Made by a program: the position numbers and the translations under genes. From contig JANPLU010000054.1 in NCBI GenBank assembly GCA_031422435.1, forward strand, positions 1 to 15,770: a stretch of DNA of 15,770 nt, given 5' to 3'. Shown here piece after piece: positions 8,260-15,770 of this stretch (position 1 is the stretch's first letter; each line of letters opens with the position of its first letter). The notes under the pieces are model-generated. The model ran no database searches, was not told the DNA's origin, and worked only from the letters and a program-made list of their open reading frames with translations. Source of the DNA: Acaryochloridaceae cyanobacterium VAR_48_metabat_390 (GTDB taxonomy: Bacteria; Cyanobacteriota; Cyanobacteriia; Thermosynechococcales; Thermosynechococcaceae).

Positions 8260-9228
8260 TTATGGTTTTTCCTGAACCTTAGAGGGTGGCGGGACTGTAT
8301 TCAGCTCAACAACCGGATTTTTAGGATTTTCAAGATTAATAAACTTAATGTTTTTGGCATCTACCGTTTGAGGTAATGCGCGCATCCGATCTAACGCCTT
8401 AAGCTGTGCTGAAAACCTATTGCTAAAGGGGCCAAACTGAACCACCCCTAAGTCTGTTTTAAGATTTAAATTATTGTTTTTTTGCCAATCTACCTGCTGA
8501 ATTTTGACGGGGCTACTGCGGAGCGGTAAATACAGCGCCTGCCATTCATTTTGAGTACTCGAATCTAGGGCAACGAAGGTAGGGGTGGGCTGTCCCGCAA
8601 CATTTTTGAGTGAGATAGCTTTGGCGCGTTGAGCATCTAAGGGCTTTAGATATCCACTTAAAACAAGTTCAGGTGCTTTAAGGGTTTGACCTAGCTTGGG
8701 GTAGCTTGCGTAGGGTAGCGCAATGCCTCGGTCATCGATGAGCCATTGATCTGCGGGACCGATGGTGATGGGTTGAACAGAGACTGAACTTTGAGAGACA
8801 AGAAGACAGTTAGGGCAGGTGGTCAGCGCAACGGGCGGACGTTCCTGAATTCTGACAATGATGCGGGGGGGGAAGAGCTGCCGATAAACCAACACCTGAT
8901 CTGCATGGGTGTTTTGCTCTAGCATTGCCTTAATGTCAGCAGGTCTTACTCTTAATAAAGAGGTTGGAAACGTCAGCGGCAAGAAGGTTTCAAGGGTCTG
9001 AGTTGATAGTTGGCTGTTACCAGAAATTTCAACTTGGCTGGCTTTTTTGATTTGCCATCCGGGTTTGTTAAATAGCCACCCTAGCCCTAGGGTAAGGCTC
9101 AAAATAGCGGTTGTTCGCCAAGTCTTCTTTAGAAACTGATTGCGCCGCTGTCGTTTGAGCTGTCTGCGGCGATCGAGCATTGAAACGACTCGGGTATCAG
9201 AGTATGTGCCTGCATCTGCGTCTGCCAT
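8260..9228 (-). CDS. ftsQ: Cell division protein FtsQ/DivIB
   Basis: Arg-rich N-terminus, single TM helix, POTRA-like region (VEISGN...RQLFPPRIIVRIQERPPVA), C-terminal INLENPKNPVV; directly upstream of ftsZ. Confidence 0.92.
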   Translation of the reverse strand: MADADAGTYSDTRVVSMLDRRRQLKRQRRNQFLKKTWRTTAILSLTLGLGWLFNKPGWQIKKASQVEISGNSQLSTQTLETFLPLTFPTSLLRVRPADIKAMLEQNTHADQVLVYRQLFPPRIIVRIQERPPVALTTCPNCLLVSQSSVSVQPITIGPADQWLIDDRGIALPYASYPKLGQTLKAPELVLSGYLKPLDAQRAKAISLKNVAGQPTPTFVALDSSTQNEWQALYLPLRSSPVKIQQVDWQKNNNLNLKTDLGVVQFGPFSNRFSAQLKALDRMRALPQTVDAKNIKFINLENPKNPVVELNTVPPPSKVQEKP

Positions 9229-9317
9229 GCCGTCTGACCTTCAAGAATTCTCTGAACAGCGTTTTACGCACCTCAGTGTACTTTACGCCGATAGGTCTGT
9301 CTGTAGGCAACCTTTCT

Positions 9318-10835
9318 CTAGGCCATAATTTGCCCAACAGCAGTTAGCGCAGAGTAGCTTACGCCTGCGGTGCCTTCGCCGGGATGGGTAGAATCTCCCA
9401 CTAGCCAAAGGTTTTGAATCGGGGTTCGGTTAGCAAATCCAAAAGGCCCGAATGTGTTGATGCGCTGCCCAATGCCGCCAACAATACCCAAGCTGCGACC
9501 TGTAAATCGCTCAAAGGTTCTGGGTGTAGCGGCTTCTTGATGCAGGATGGTGTGTGGGTTCAAGTCAAAGTATTGCGATAGTCGGGCGATCGCCGTTTCT
9601 GCATAAGTTTTTTTAAGCTGTTCGTAATCTTCAGTACGGCTCCACAGGTTGGGATCGGTAAACGAAGAAGCAATGATGGTGGCTTTACCTTCGGGTGCGC
9701 GACCGTCTTGGGGCTGACTGACTGAAACAAACAGAGAATTATTTTCGCCGATAGGGCCGTCGTAATCGTACAAAAACTGAAGGTGAGGCGGACAATCAGG
9801 CGGAACTGCCGCTACATCTACCCCTAGATAAATCACAAAGGCACCGGAAGACTGAGGCAGTTTATCAACGCGATGCTGATAGCCTGTTGACGCATGGTCG
9901 CCTAATAGATCCATGAGATTTTGAACCGTCACGTTGGCAATCACATGGTCAGCGGCTTCAAAGGTTAATTCCGCAGTTTTGAGATTTTCGAGCGTAACGC
10001 CTGTGGTTTTGCCATCTTTGACGTGAATGGCTTTAGCACGGTGACGCATCCGCAGGTCGCTGCCGTCTCGCTTGAGGGCTGTCACTAGGCGATCGCTCAA
10101 CACCTGCATACTGCCCTGAAGGTGAAATAGCCCTTGAGGACTTTGGGAAACTCCTAGGGCAGTCGCGGCGTAAAGCAACGCCGTTTCGTCTGCACCAACC
10201 TGAGAGTAAAGCTTGAGCTGGAGATCGAGGAAGGTTTTAAGACGGCGATCACCCGCTAAGCCATAGGCTCGCAGCGCATCCCCCACCGTTGAAAATATGT
10301 GGGGCACCGTAATGAGGGTGCGAGGTCGCAGTGCCTTCGTAGTTTGCCAGACATCCCAGATACTGCGGGGTGGAATTACAGGGTCGCGGGACTGAAATGC
10401 CCAGCTTGCCTCAAAGAGCTGATTAAGAAACTGCCAGAATGGCTCACTGCCAGGGAACTGAATCTGCCGCTCCTGCTGCCAGCGTTGAGGAGCGCGCCAG
10501 ACGCAAATGGGTTGGGTTTCTCCTGGTAGCATCACCGCACAGGCAGGATCGCAAAAAGTGGCTTCTGGTGGTTCAATATCTAACGCTTCAAAAATGCGGT
10601 GATGGATGCCGCCAGGCTCTAGCCCAGCGACCTGAGTTGCCCCAACATCAAATGTAAAACCTCGGCGCTTAAAGGTTGAGGCGCAACCCCCAGGTACCCA
10701 AGCCTGATCTGCAATGAGGACGGAGTAGCCTTGACGTGCTAAGAGCGCCGCCGCCGTTAAGCCGCCAATACCTGCCCCAATCACGACAATGCGAGAGGAT
10801 GGACGGGATTTATTTAGATCAGATGAAAAAGACAC
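9318..10835 (-). CDS. crtD: Carotenoid C-3',4' desaturase (myxoxanthophyll pathway), CrtD-type FAD oxidoreductase
   Basis: IVVIGAGIGGLTAAALLA Rossmann motif, PGGCASTFKRRGFTFDVGATQVAGLEPGGIH, FLDLQLKLYSQ, LVGDSTHPGEGTAGVSYSA, characteristic of the cyanobacterial CrtD subfamily. Confidence 0.88.
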   Translation of the reverse strand: MSFSSDLNKSRPSSRIVVIGAGIGGLTAAALLARQGYSVLIADQAWVPGGCASTFKRRGFTFDVGATQVAGLEPGGIHHRIFEALDIEPPEATFCDPACAVMLPGETQPICVWRAPQRWQQERQIQFPGSEPFWQFLNQLFEASWAFQSRDPVIPPRSIWDVWQTTKALRPRTLITVPHIFSTVGDALRAYGLAGDRRLKTFLDLQLKLYSQVGADETALLYAATALGVSQSPQGLFHLQGSMQVLSDRLVTALKRDGSDLRMRHRAKAIHVKDGKTTGVTLENLKTAELTFEAADHVIANVTVQNLMDLLGDHASTGYQHRVDKLPQSSGAFVIYLGVDVAAVPPDCPPHLQFLYDYDGPIGENNSLFVSVSQPQDGRAPEGKATIIASSFTDPNLWSRTEDYEQLKKTYAETAIARLSQYFDLNPHTILHQEAATPRTFERFTGRSLGIVGGIGQRINTFGPFGFANRTPIQNLWLVGDSTHPGEGTAGVSYSALTAVGQIMA

Positions 10836-10969
10836 AAAGCAAAGTTACATAACTTAATACTTCTATCCTAAAGCAGCGTCTTGGTTTTGGGTGAGTTCTA
10901 AAATTTTGCCCCAAATGGTTTGAGGACTTATGACGAAGCCGACGAAAGGATAACGCATAAATATTGATT

Positions 10970-11123
10970 TAGACTTCTTACGTCAATCTTCTCTCCCTCA
11001 TCCCTTTCTTATAGCCAAAGGCTTTACCCTTCTCCCACTAGGGGAGAAGGGCTAATTCCGGCTCCCCTCGCCCGTTCTGGGAGAGGGGCTGGGGGTGAGG
11101 GTCATATTCGTGCAAAAGTTCTA
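10970..11123. repeat. REP/MITE-like nested-hairpin dispersed repeat
   Basis: Hairpins CCCTTCTCCC/GGGAGAAGGG (11027-11051) and CCCCTCGCCC/GGGAGAGGGG (11064-11088) are enclosed by CCCTCATCCC (10995-11004) / GGGGTGAGGG (11092-11101). Degenerate inverted ends TAGACTTCTT... and ...TGCAAAAGTTCTA. Confidence 0.75.
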
Positions 11124-11180
11124 TTGAAAGGGATGCAAATGATCCCTTAATGTATTGTGATTGCTAGAGATGTTTAGTCT

Positions 11181-12860
11181 TTGTCTACTTTGCTACAGAC
11201 TCACAAGATTTATCGGTCGCTGACGGGGCGCTTAACCCGCTCCACCCTACGCCCTCAACCCTCCGCTTATCGGCTAGGTACCTTAGTCGCTGGACTCAGC
11301 TTATTTTTGACCACGAGCTGCGGTAAATCAACGCCCCCTGGCGGCGGAACGGGGAGCGATCGCCTGGTCATTGGCACCACCGCGAAATTCCGTACCCTAG
11401 ACCCAGCAGACTCCTACGAAGTGTTTTCGGGGAATTTGCTGTATAACTTGGGCGATCGCCTCTACGACTACGAGCCAGGGTCTGGTAAGCTCAAGCCCAA
11501 ACTGGCAACGGCATTGCCCAAGGTAAGCGAAGACGGATTGGTGTATACCATTCCACTTCATAAAGGCGTGAAGTTCCACGATGGAACCCCTTTTGACGCT
11601 AAGGCAATGGCTTTTTCGCTAGAGCGCTTTATTGCCAATGGCGGCAACCCTGCGGGTTTGCTCAGCGATCCGGTGAAGTCCGTTCAGGCGACGGGAGATT
11701 TAGAGCTAACCATCACGCTCAAAAAGCCCTTTGCTGCCTTTCCCAACCTGCTGGCCTTTTCTGGGCTGGTTGCCGTCTCTCCTAAAACCTATAAAAAGGG
11801 AGCTGGACAGTTTTTACCCAATGAATTTGTGGGGACAGGTCCTTACAAACTGGTGAAAGTGGGCGGCGATTCTATTCGTCTCGAAGTTTTTGAAGACTAT
11901 TGGGATACGAAGCCGACGAATAAGGGCATCAATATCCAAATTTTCTCAAGTCCTGCCAATTTATTTAATGCTTTTCGCACCGGATCGATTGATGTGGCCT
12001 ATCAGTCTCTAGACCCTGATCAAATTCAGGCATTAGAGAATGACGCGAAAAAAGGAGACTGGCAGGCCATTAGTGGCCCCAGCAACTTTATTACCTTCTT
12101 GATGCTCAATACCAAGGATGAAGCGCTCTCCAAGGTAAAGGTGCGTCAGGCGCTTGCCGCCATGATTAACCGAGACGTGCTGAATAATCGGGTCTTTAGA
12201 GGCCAAGCGGAGTCTCTCTATACCCTGGTGCCCACAATCTTTACAGGGATCAGCCAGCCCGTCTTTAAAGAACAGCAGCAAAAGCTGGGCAAAGATCAAA
12301 TTCGCAGCTTGCTCAAAGACTCAGGCTATAGCCCTGGTAAACCCCTTAAGCTAAATCTTTGGTATCGCTCTAACCTGACTAGCGATGGGGTCGCGGCAGC
12401 GACCATTAAGGCGATGGTGGCTCAAGGCTACAGCGATGTGGTTCAGCTAGACGTGAGTAGCGTTGACTCAGCGACGGCCTATCAAAACCTAGACAAGGGC
12501 ACCTACCCTATGTTTATGCTGGACTGGGCAGGGGATTACTATGACCCAGATACCTATCTCCAGCCGTTTTTAGCCTGTGAGAAGGGTTCGGTCAAGACGG
12601 GCTGCCAGAAGGGGCAAAGCCAGTCTTGGGGTTCGTTTTTCTATAGCGATCGCGCCAACAAGCTGATCGACCAGCAGCGCCAAATCCGTGACCCTAAACA
12701 GCGGCTGAAGCCCTTGACAGAGCTTCAGGCGATTTTGGCAAAGGATGTGCCCTACATTCCGCTGTGGCAGAAAAAAGATTACGTGTTTGCCCAAAAAGGC
12801 ATTAAGGGCATTCAGCTTCAGCCCAGCCAGCAGTTCCCGTTCTGGACGCTAAGTAAGTAA
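11181..12860 (+). CDS. Peptide/nickel ABC transporter substrate-binding lipoprotein (family 5, DppA/OppA-like)
   Basis: Lipobox-like LTTSC, TLDPAD, YTIPLHKGVKFHDGTPFDA, VGTGPYKL, VRQALAAMINR, VPYIPLWQ. TTG start uncertain. Confidence 0.93.
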   Translation: MSTLLQTHKIYRSLTGRLTRSTLRPQPSAYRLGTLVAGLSLFLTTSCGKSTPPGGGTGSDRLVIGTTAKFRTLDPADSYEVFSGNLLYNLGDRLYDYEPGSGKLKPKLATALPKVSEDGLVYTIPLHKGVKFHDGTPFDAKAMAFSLERFIANGGNPAGLLSDPVKSVQATGDLELTITLKKPFAAFPNLLAFSGLVAVSPKTYKKGAGQFLPNEFVGTGPYKLVKVGGDSIRLEVFEDYWDTKPTNKGINIQIFSSPANLFNAFRTGSIDVAYQSLDPDQIQALENDAKKGDWQAISGPSNFITFLMLNTKDEALSKVKVRQALAAMINRDVLNNRVFRGQAESLYTLVPTIFTGISQPVFKEQQQKLGKDQIRSLLKDSGYSPGKPLKLNLWYRSNLTSDGVAAATIKAMVAQGYSDVVQLDVSSVDSATAYQNLDKGTYPMFMLDWAGDYYDPDTYLQPFLACEKGSVKTGCQKGQSQSWGSFFYSDRANKLIDQQRQIRDPKQRLKPLTELQAILAKDVPYIPLWQKKDYVFAQKGIKGIQLQPSQQFPFWTLSK

Positions 12861-12879
12861 AACTGAGAGAAATTGCTTC

Positions 12880-13905
12880 ATGTCTCGGATTCGTGCGCTG
12901 CAATACTATGTACTCTCGCGGCTGCTGCTGGCACCGCTGATGGTGTGGACGATTACCACCGTTGTGTTTTTGCTATTGCGAGCCACCCCAGGCGACCCTG
13001 TGGATGCCATTTTAGGTCCCCGTGCGCCAGAGGAGCAAAAGGCGTTAGTGCGACAACAGCTTGGGCTGGGCGATCCGATTTGGGTGCAGTATTTGCACTA
13101 TTTGGGCAACTTGCTGAGCCTCAACTTAGGGACGTCCTTATCTAGTCGAGGGCAGACGGTGTGGGATATTATTCGGGATTTCTTTCCGGCGACGGCAGAA
13201 CTGGCGATTTTTAGTATGGCGATCGCCCTCATTATCGGCGTGGGTGTCGGCATTCTATCGGCATCCCGACCGAATACGCCTCTAGACGCAGCGGGACGTA
13301 TCTTTGGCATCATCACCTATTCTGTACCGCTGTTTTGGGTGGGGATGCTGTTTCAGCTTATTTTTTCGGTACAGTTGGGCTGGTTTCCGCTGGGTACGCG
13401 CTTTCCGGTCACTTCTTTACCGCCAACGGGCATGACAGGGTTATTTACAGTAGATAGTCTACTATCAGGGGATTTTGGCGCATTTGGCATGTCTTTGTAC
13501 TATTTAGCGCTGCCCTGCTTTTCATTGGGACTGGTTCTCAGCGGTATTTTTGAGCGGATTGTGCGGGTCAATCTTAAGCAAACCCTGAAAGCAGATTATG
13601 TCGAGGCAGCACGGGCAAGAGGCATTCCTGAGCGGCAGGTATTGCTGGTTCACGCTCTCAGAAATGCGCTCATTCCAGTGATAACAGTGTTAGGGTTGAC
13701 CCTTGCTGCCATGCTGGGTGGTGCCGTACTGACAGAGGTGACGTTCTCTTGGCCTGGGCTAGGCAATCGCCTATATGAAGCGATTTCGATGCGAGACTAC
13801 CCTACGGTACAGGGAATTATTGTTTTTTTTGCGGTGATTGTGGTGATTGCCAGTATTGCGATCGATATTATTAATGCTTATATTGACCCACGGATTCGGT
13901 ACTAG
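12880..13905 (+). CDS. dppB: Peptide ABC transporter permease (DppB/OppB-like)
   Basis: [24 protein letters not shown] loop [10 protein letters not shown]...[21 protein letters not shown]-terminal DPRIRY. Confidence 0.93.
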   Translation: MSRIRALQYYVLSRLLLAPLMVWTITTVVFLLLRATPGDPVDAILGPRAPEEQKALVRQQLGLGDPIWVQYLHYLGNLLSLNLGTSLSSRGQTVWDIIRDFFPATAELAIFSMAIALIIGVGVGILSASRPNTPLDAAGRIFGIITYSVPLFWVGMLFQLIFSVQLGWFPLGTRFPVTSLPPTGMTGLFTVDSLLSGDFGAFGMSLYYLALPCFSLGLVLSGIFERIVRVNLKQTLKADYVEAARARGIPERQVLLVHALRNALIPVITVLGLTLAAMLGGAVLTEVTFSWPGLGNRLYEAISMRDYPTVQGIIVFFAVIVVIASIAIDIINAYIDPRIRY

Positions 13906-13952
13906 CGTTTCTCCCAAAATCTGTTATTAACCCATTCTTATCAACCCGAACC

Positions 13953-14873
13953 ATGCAAATTCGTCGTCGTCCCCCTAATCCTGCGATCGCGGTTGAAGCC
14001 TTAAGCTACAAAATCAAGGCCGATGACGCAGAGCCGCGCAATATTCTAGAAAAAATCGTCTGGCATAAAGACAAAGAAATAGACAAAATGCGTGAGACGG
14101 TGCCGCTGGTAGATCTGCGGAAACAGCTCGTTGATGCGCCTGCACCGCTTAATTTTCTTGAGGCACTTCGTAACGGCAAAACCTCTCCTGCGCTCATTGC
14201 CGAGGTCAAAAAGGCATCTCCTAGCAAAGGAGTGTTTCGAGAATCATTCAATCCTGTTGAAATTGCACAAGCTTATGTCACCGCTGGGGCAAGCTGTCTT
14301 TCTGTATTGACCGATGTGGCGTTTTTTCAGGGCAGCTTTGAATACCTTAAGCAGATTCGTCAAGCTGTACAGATTCCGCTGCTGTGTAAAGATTTTGTGC
14401 TGGCTCCCTATCAAATTTACCTAGCGCGATCGCGAGGAGCAGATGCGATTCTTTTAATTGCATCAATTTTGCCTGACCAAGACCTAACCTATTTCCTCAA
14501 AATCGTAAAGTCTGTCGGGATGACGGCGCTGGTTGAGGTACATACCCTAGCAGAACTGGATCGGGTATTGGCACTGCCAGGGGTTGAGTTAGTGGGCATC
14601 AATAACCGTAACTTAGAGGATTTCTCAGTTTCGCTGGATGTCACCTGTGATCTGATTGCTCAGCGGCAGCAGGTCATTTTAGAGAAAGAAATTTTGATTG
14701 TTAGTGAGTCGGGTCTGCATCAATTTGCTGATGTTCAAACCGTCGCTAAAGCAGGGGCAAAAGCGATTCTGGTGGGCGAATCTCTCATTAAAGAAGATCC
14801 TTTAGAGCCTGTTTTTGAAAGTGAAATGGCGCGAATGAAAGCCAAAGTTTCGACTTTATTTGGGTCTGAGTAG
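13953..14873 (+). CDS. trpC: Indole-3-glycerol-phosphate synthase
   Basis: Cyanobacterial [10 protein letters not shown] start, [48 protein letters not shown]. Confidence 0.98.
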   Translation: MQIRRRPPNPAIAVEALSYKIKADDAEPRNILEKIVWHKDKEIDKMRETVPLVDLRKQLVDAPAPLNFLEALRNGKTSPALIAEVKKASPSKGVFRESFNPVEIAQAYVTAGASCLSVLTDVAFFQGSFEYLKQIRQAVQIPLLCKDFVLAPYQIYLARSRGADAILLIASILPDQDLTYFLKIVKSVGMTALVEVHTLAELDRVLALPGVELVGINNRNLEDFSVSLDVTCDLIAQRQQVILEKEILIVSESGLHQFADVQTVAKAGAKAILVGESLIKEDPLEPVFESEMARMKAKVSTLFGSE

Positions 14874-14919
14874 ACTGAAGAAAAAGTGTTGGGCTAGGTG
14901 AGTGGGCGATCGCCATTCT

Positions 14920-15770
14920 TCATCGTTTTCCATTCATCATTATCTTAACCCCACCTGTTGGGGCAAGCGTAAAGCCACGACGCTGTAGCTTTACAGGTTT
15001 ATCCTCGGCTAAGGCAAGTTGATACTTCGCTAAAATGGTTGCGAGCACCAGCTTCATTTCTAACTGAGCTAAGGCATATCCCAAACATCGCCGACTGCCG
15101 CCACCAAAGGGGAAATATTCAGAAGCAGAATATTGGCGCTCAAGAAAACGCTCTGGCTTAAATTGCTGAGCGTTTGCGTACAGTTCTTCTCGATAATGCA
15201 CAAGATAAATCGTTGACATAAATGTGGTTCCCGCATCAAACCATTGCCCTAGAATCTGCACAGGCTCTTTGGCAATGCGGGGAAAAATGACGGGAAGGAC
15301 TGGATACATCCGCAGTGTTTCTTGGCAAATGGCGCTCAGGTAAGGAAGTTCGGCAACATCCATCGGGGATGCATCTTTTCCTACGCTATCGAGTTCCTGT
15401 AGCAATTTTGCATGGACATTAGGACATCGGTGAATTTGATAGAGCGCCCAGGCGAGGGTTGTGGCAGTAGTTTCGTGTCCGGCAAATAAAATGGTTAGCA
15501 GTTCATCTCGTAACTCTTCATCGGTCATGGCTTCCCCGTTGTCGTCCCGCGCTGCCATCATCAGGCTTAGGACATCGGTGCGCGTCTGATTTTCCTGTAT
15601 TCTTCTCTCCTCAATTTCTGCTTGAAGCAAGCCATGAACTTGGCGCTGTAGCTGCTTCATTCGCCCCCACGGCGACCACGTTCCCCAATCTTTTTGTAAA
15701 AACTTGAAAAATAGCAGGCTCGATCGCAGCGGAGAGTCGGTCATATTGATCCAATCCGTGAGGAGGGGCT
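14920..15770 (-). CDS. Cytochrome P450 (CYP110-like), 5' part outside the window
   Basis: I-helix AGHETT, ExxR (ETLR), PERF and heme motif [10 protein letters not shown]. The frame stays open upstream of the ATG at 15744 (PLLTDWIN) to the window edge. Confidence 0.95.
   Translation of the reverse strand, partial: PLLTDWINMTDSPLRSSLLFFKFLQKDWGTWSPWGRMKQLQRQVHGLLQAEIEERRIQENQTRTDVLSLMMAARDDNGEAMTDEELRDELLTILFAGHETTATTLAWALYQIHRCPNVHAKLLQELDSVGKDASPMDVAELPYLSAICQETLRMYPVLPVIFPRIAKEPVQILGQWFDAGTTFMSTIYLVHYREELYANAQQFKPERFLERQYSASEYFPFGGGSRRCLGYALAQLEMKLVLATILAKYQLALAEDKPVKLQRRGFTLAPTGGVKIMMNGKR

Noticed and set aside
10933..11920. Exact 14-mer ACGAAGCCGACGAA at 10933 and 11907
   Set aside because: One 14-nt match in a 15.8-kb window is roughly expected by chance, and one copy lies inside a coding region.
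522..14251. Remaining 60-90 aa ORFs overlapping major genes
   Set aside because: Alternative-frame or antisense ORFs within well-supported CDSs, with no independent evidence.
3629..14873. trpB and trpC separated, and ABC binding protein plus permease without a second permease or ATPases
   Set aside because: Scattered trp and ABC genes are normal in cyanobacteria; no attenuator or leader peptide was seen.

Overview
Cyanobacterial chromosomal segment: about 20 perfect HIP1 octamers (GCGATCGC) counted by eye, plus cyanobacterial-type ftsQ/ftsZ, crtD, Rpn/DUF4351 and CYP110-like genes. Positions ~3.6-15.8 kb are mostly housekeeping: trpB, two small ORFs, prs, ftsZ, ftsQ, crtD, a peptide ABC binding protein and permease, trpC and a 5'-truncated P450, with a hairpin-rich REP/MITE-like element between crtD and the ABC genes. 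The left 3.5 kb is an accessory, defence-like patch with features the ORF track misses. (i) The left end of an IS903-group (IS5 family) element at 1-140 interrupts a large AT-rich gene with a putative N-terminal PD-(D/E)xK nuclease. (ii) An Rpn-family nuclease gene has a likely leaderless promoter and an internal RBS+ATG predicting an intragenic antitoxin. (iii) A degenerate direct repeat and dense HIP1/near-HIP1 clusters flank rpn. (iv) A vapC toxin remnant begins exactly at a HIP1 site. Together these suggest HIP1-delimited turnover of small toxin/defence cassettes (inference).
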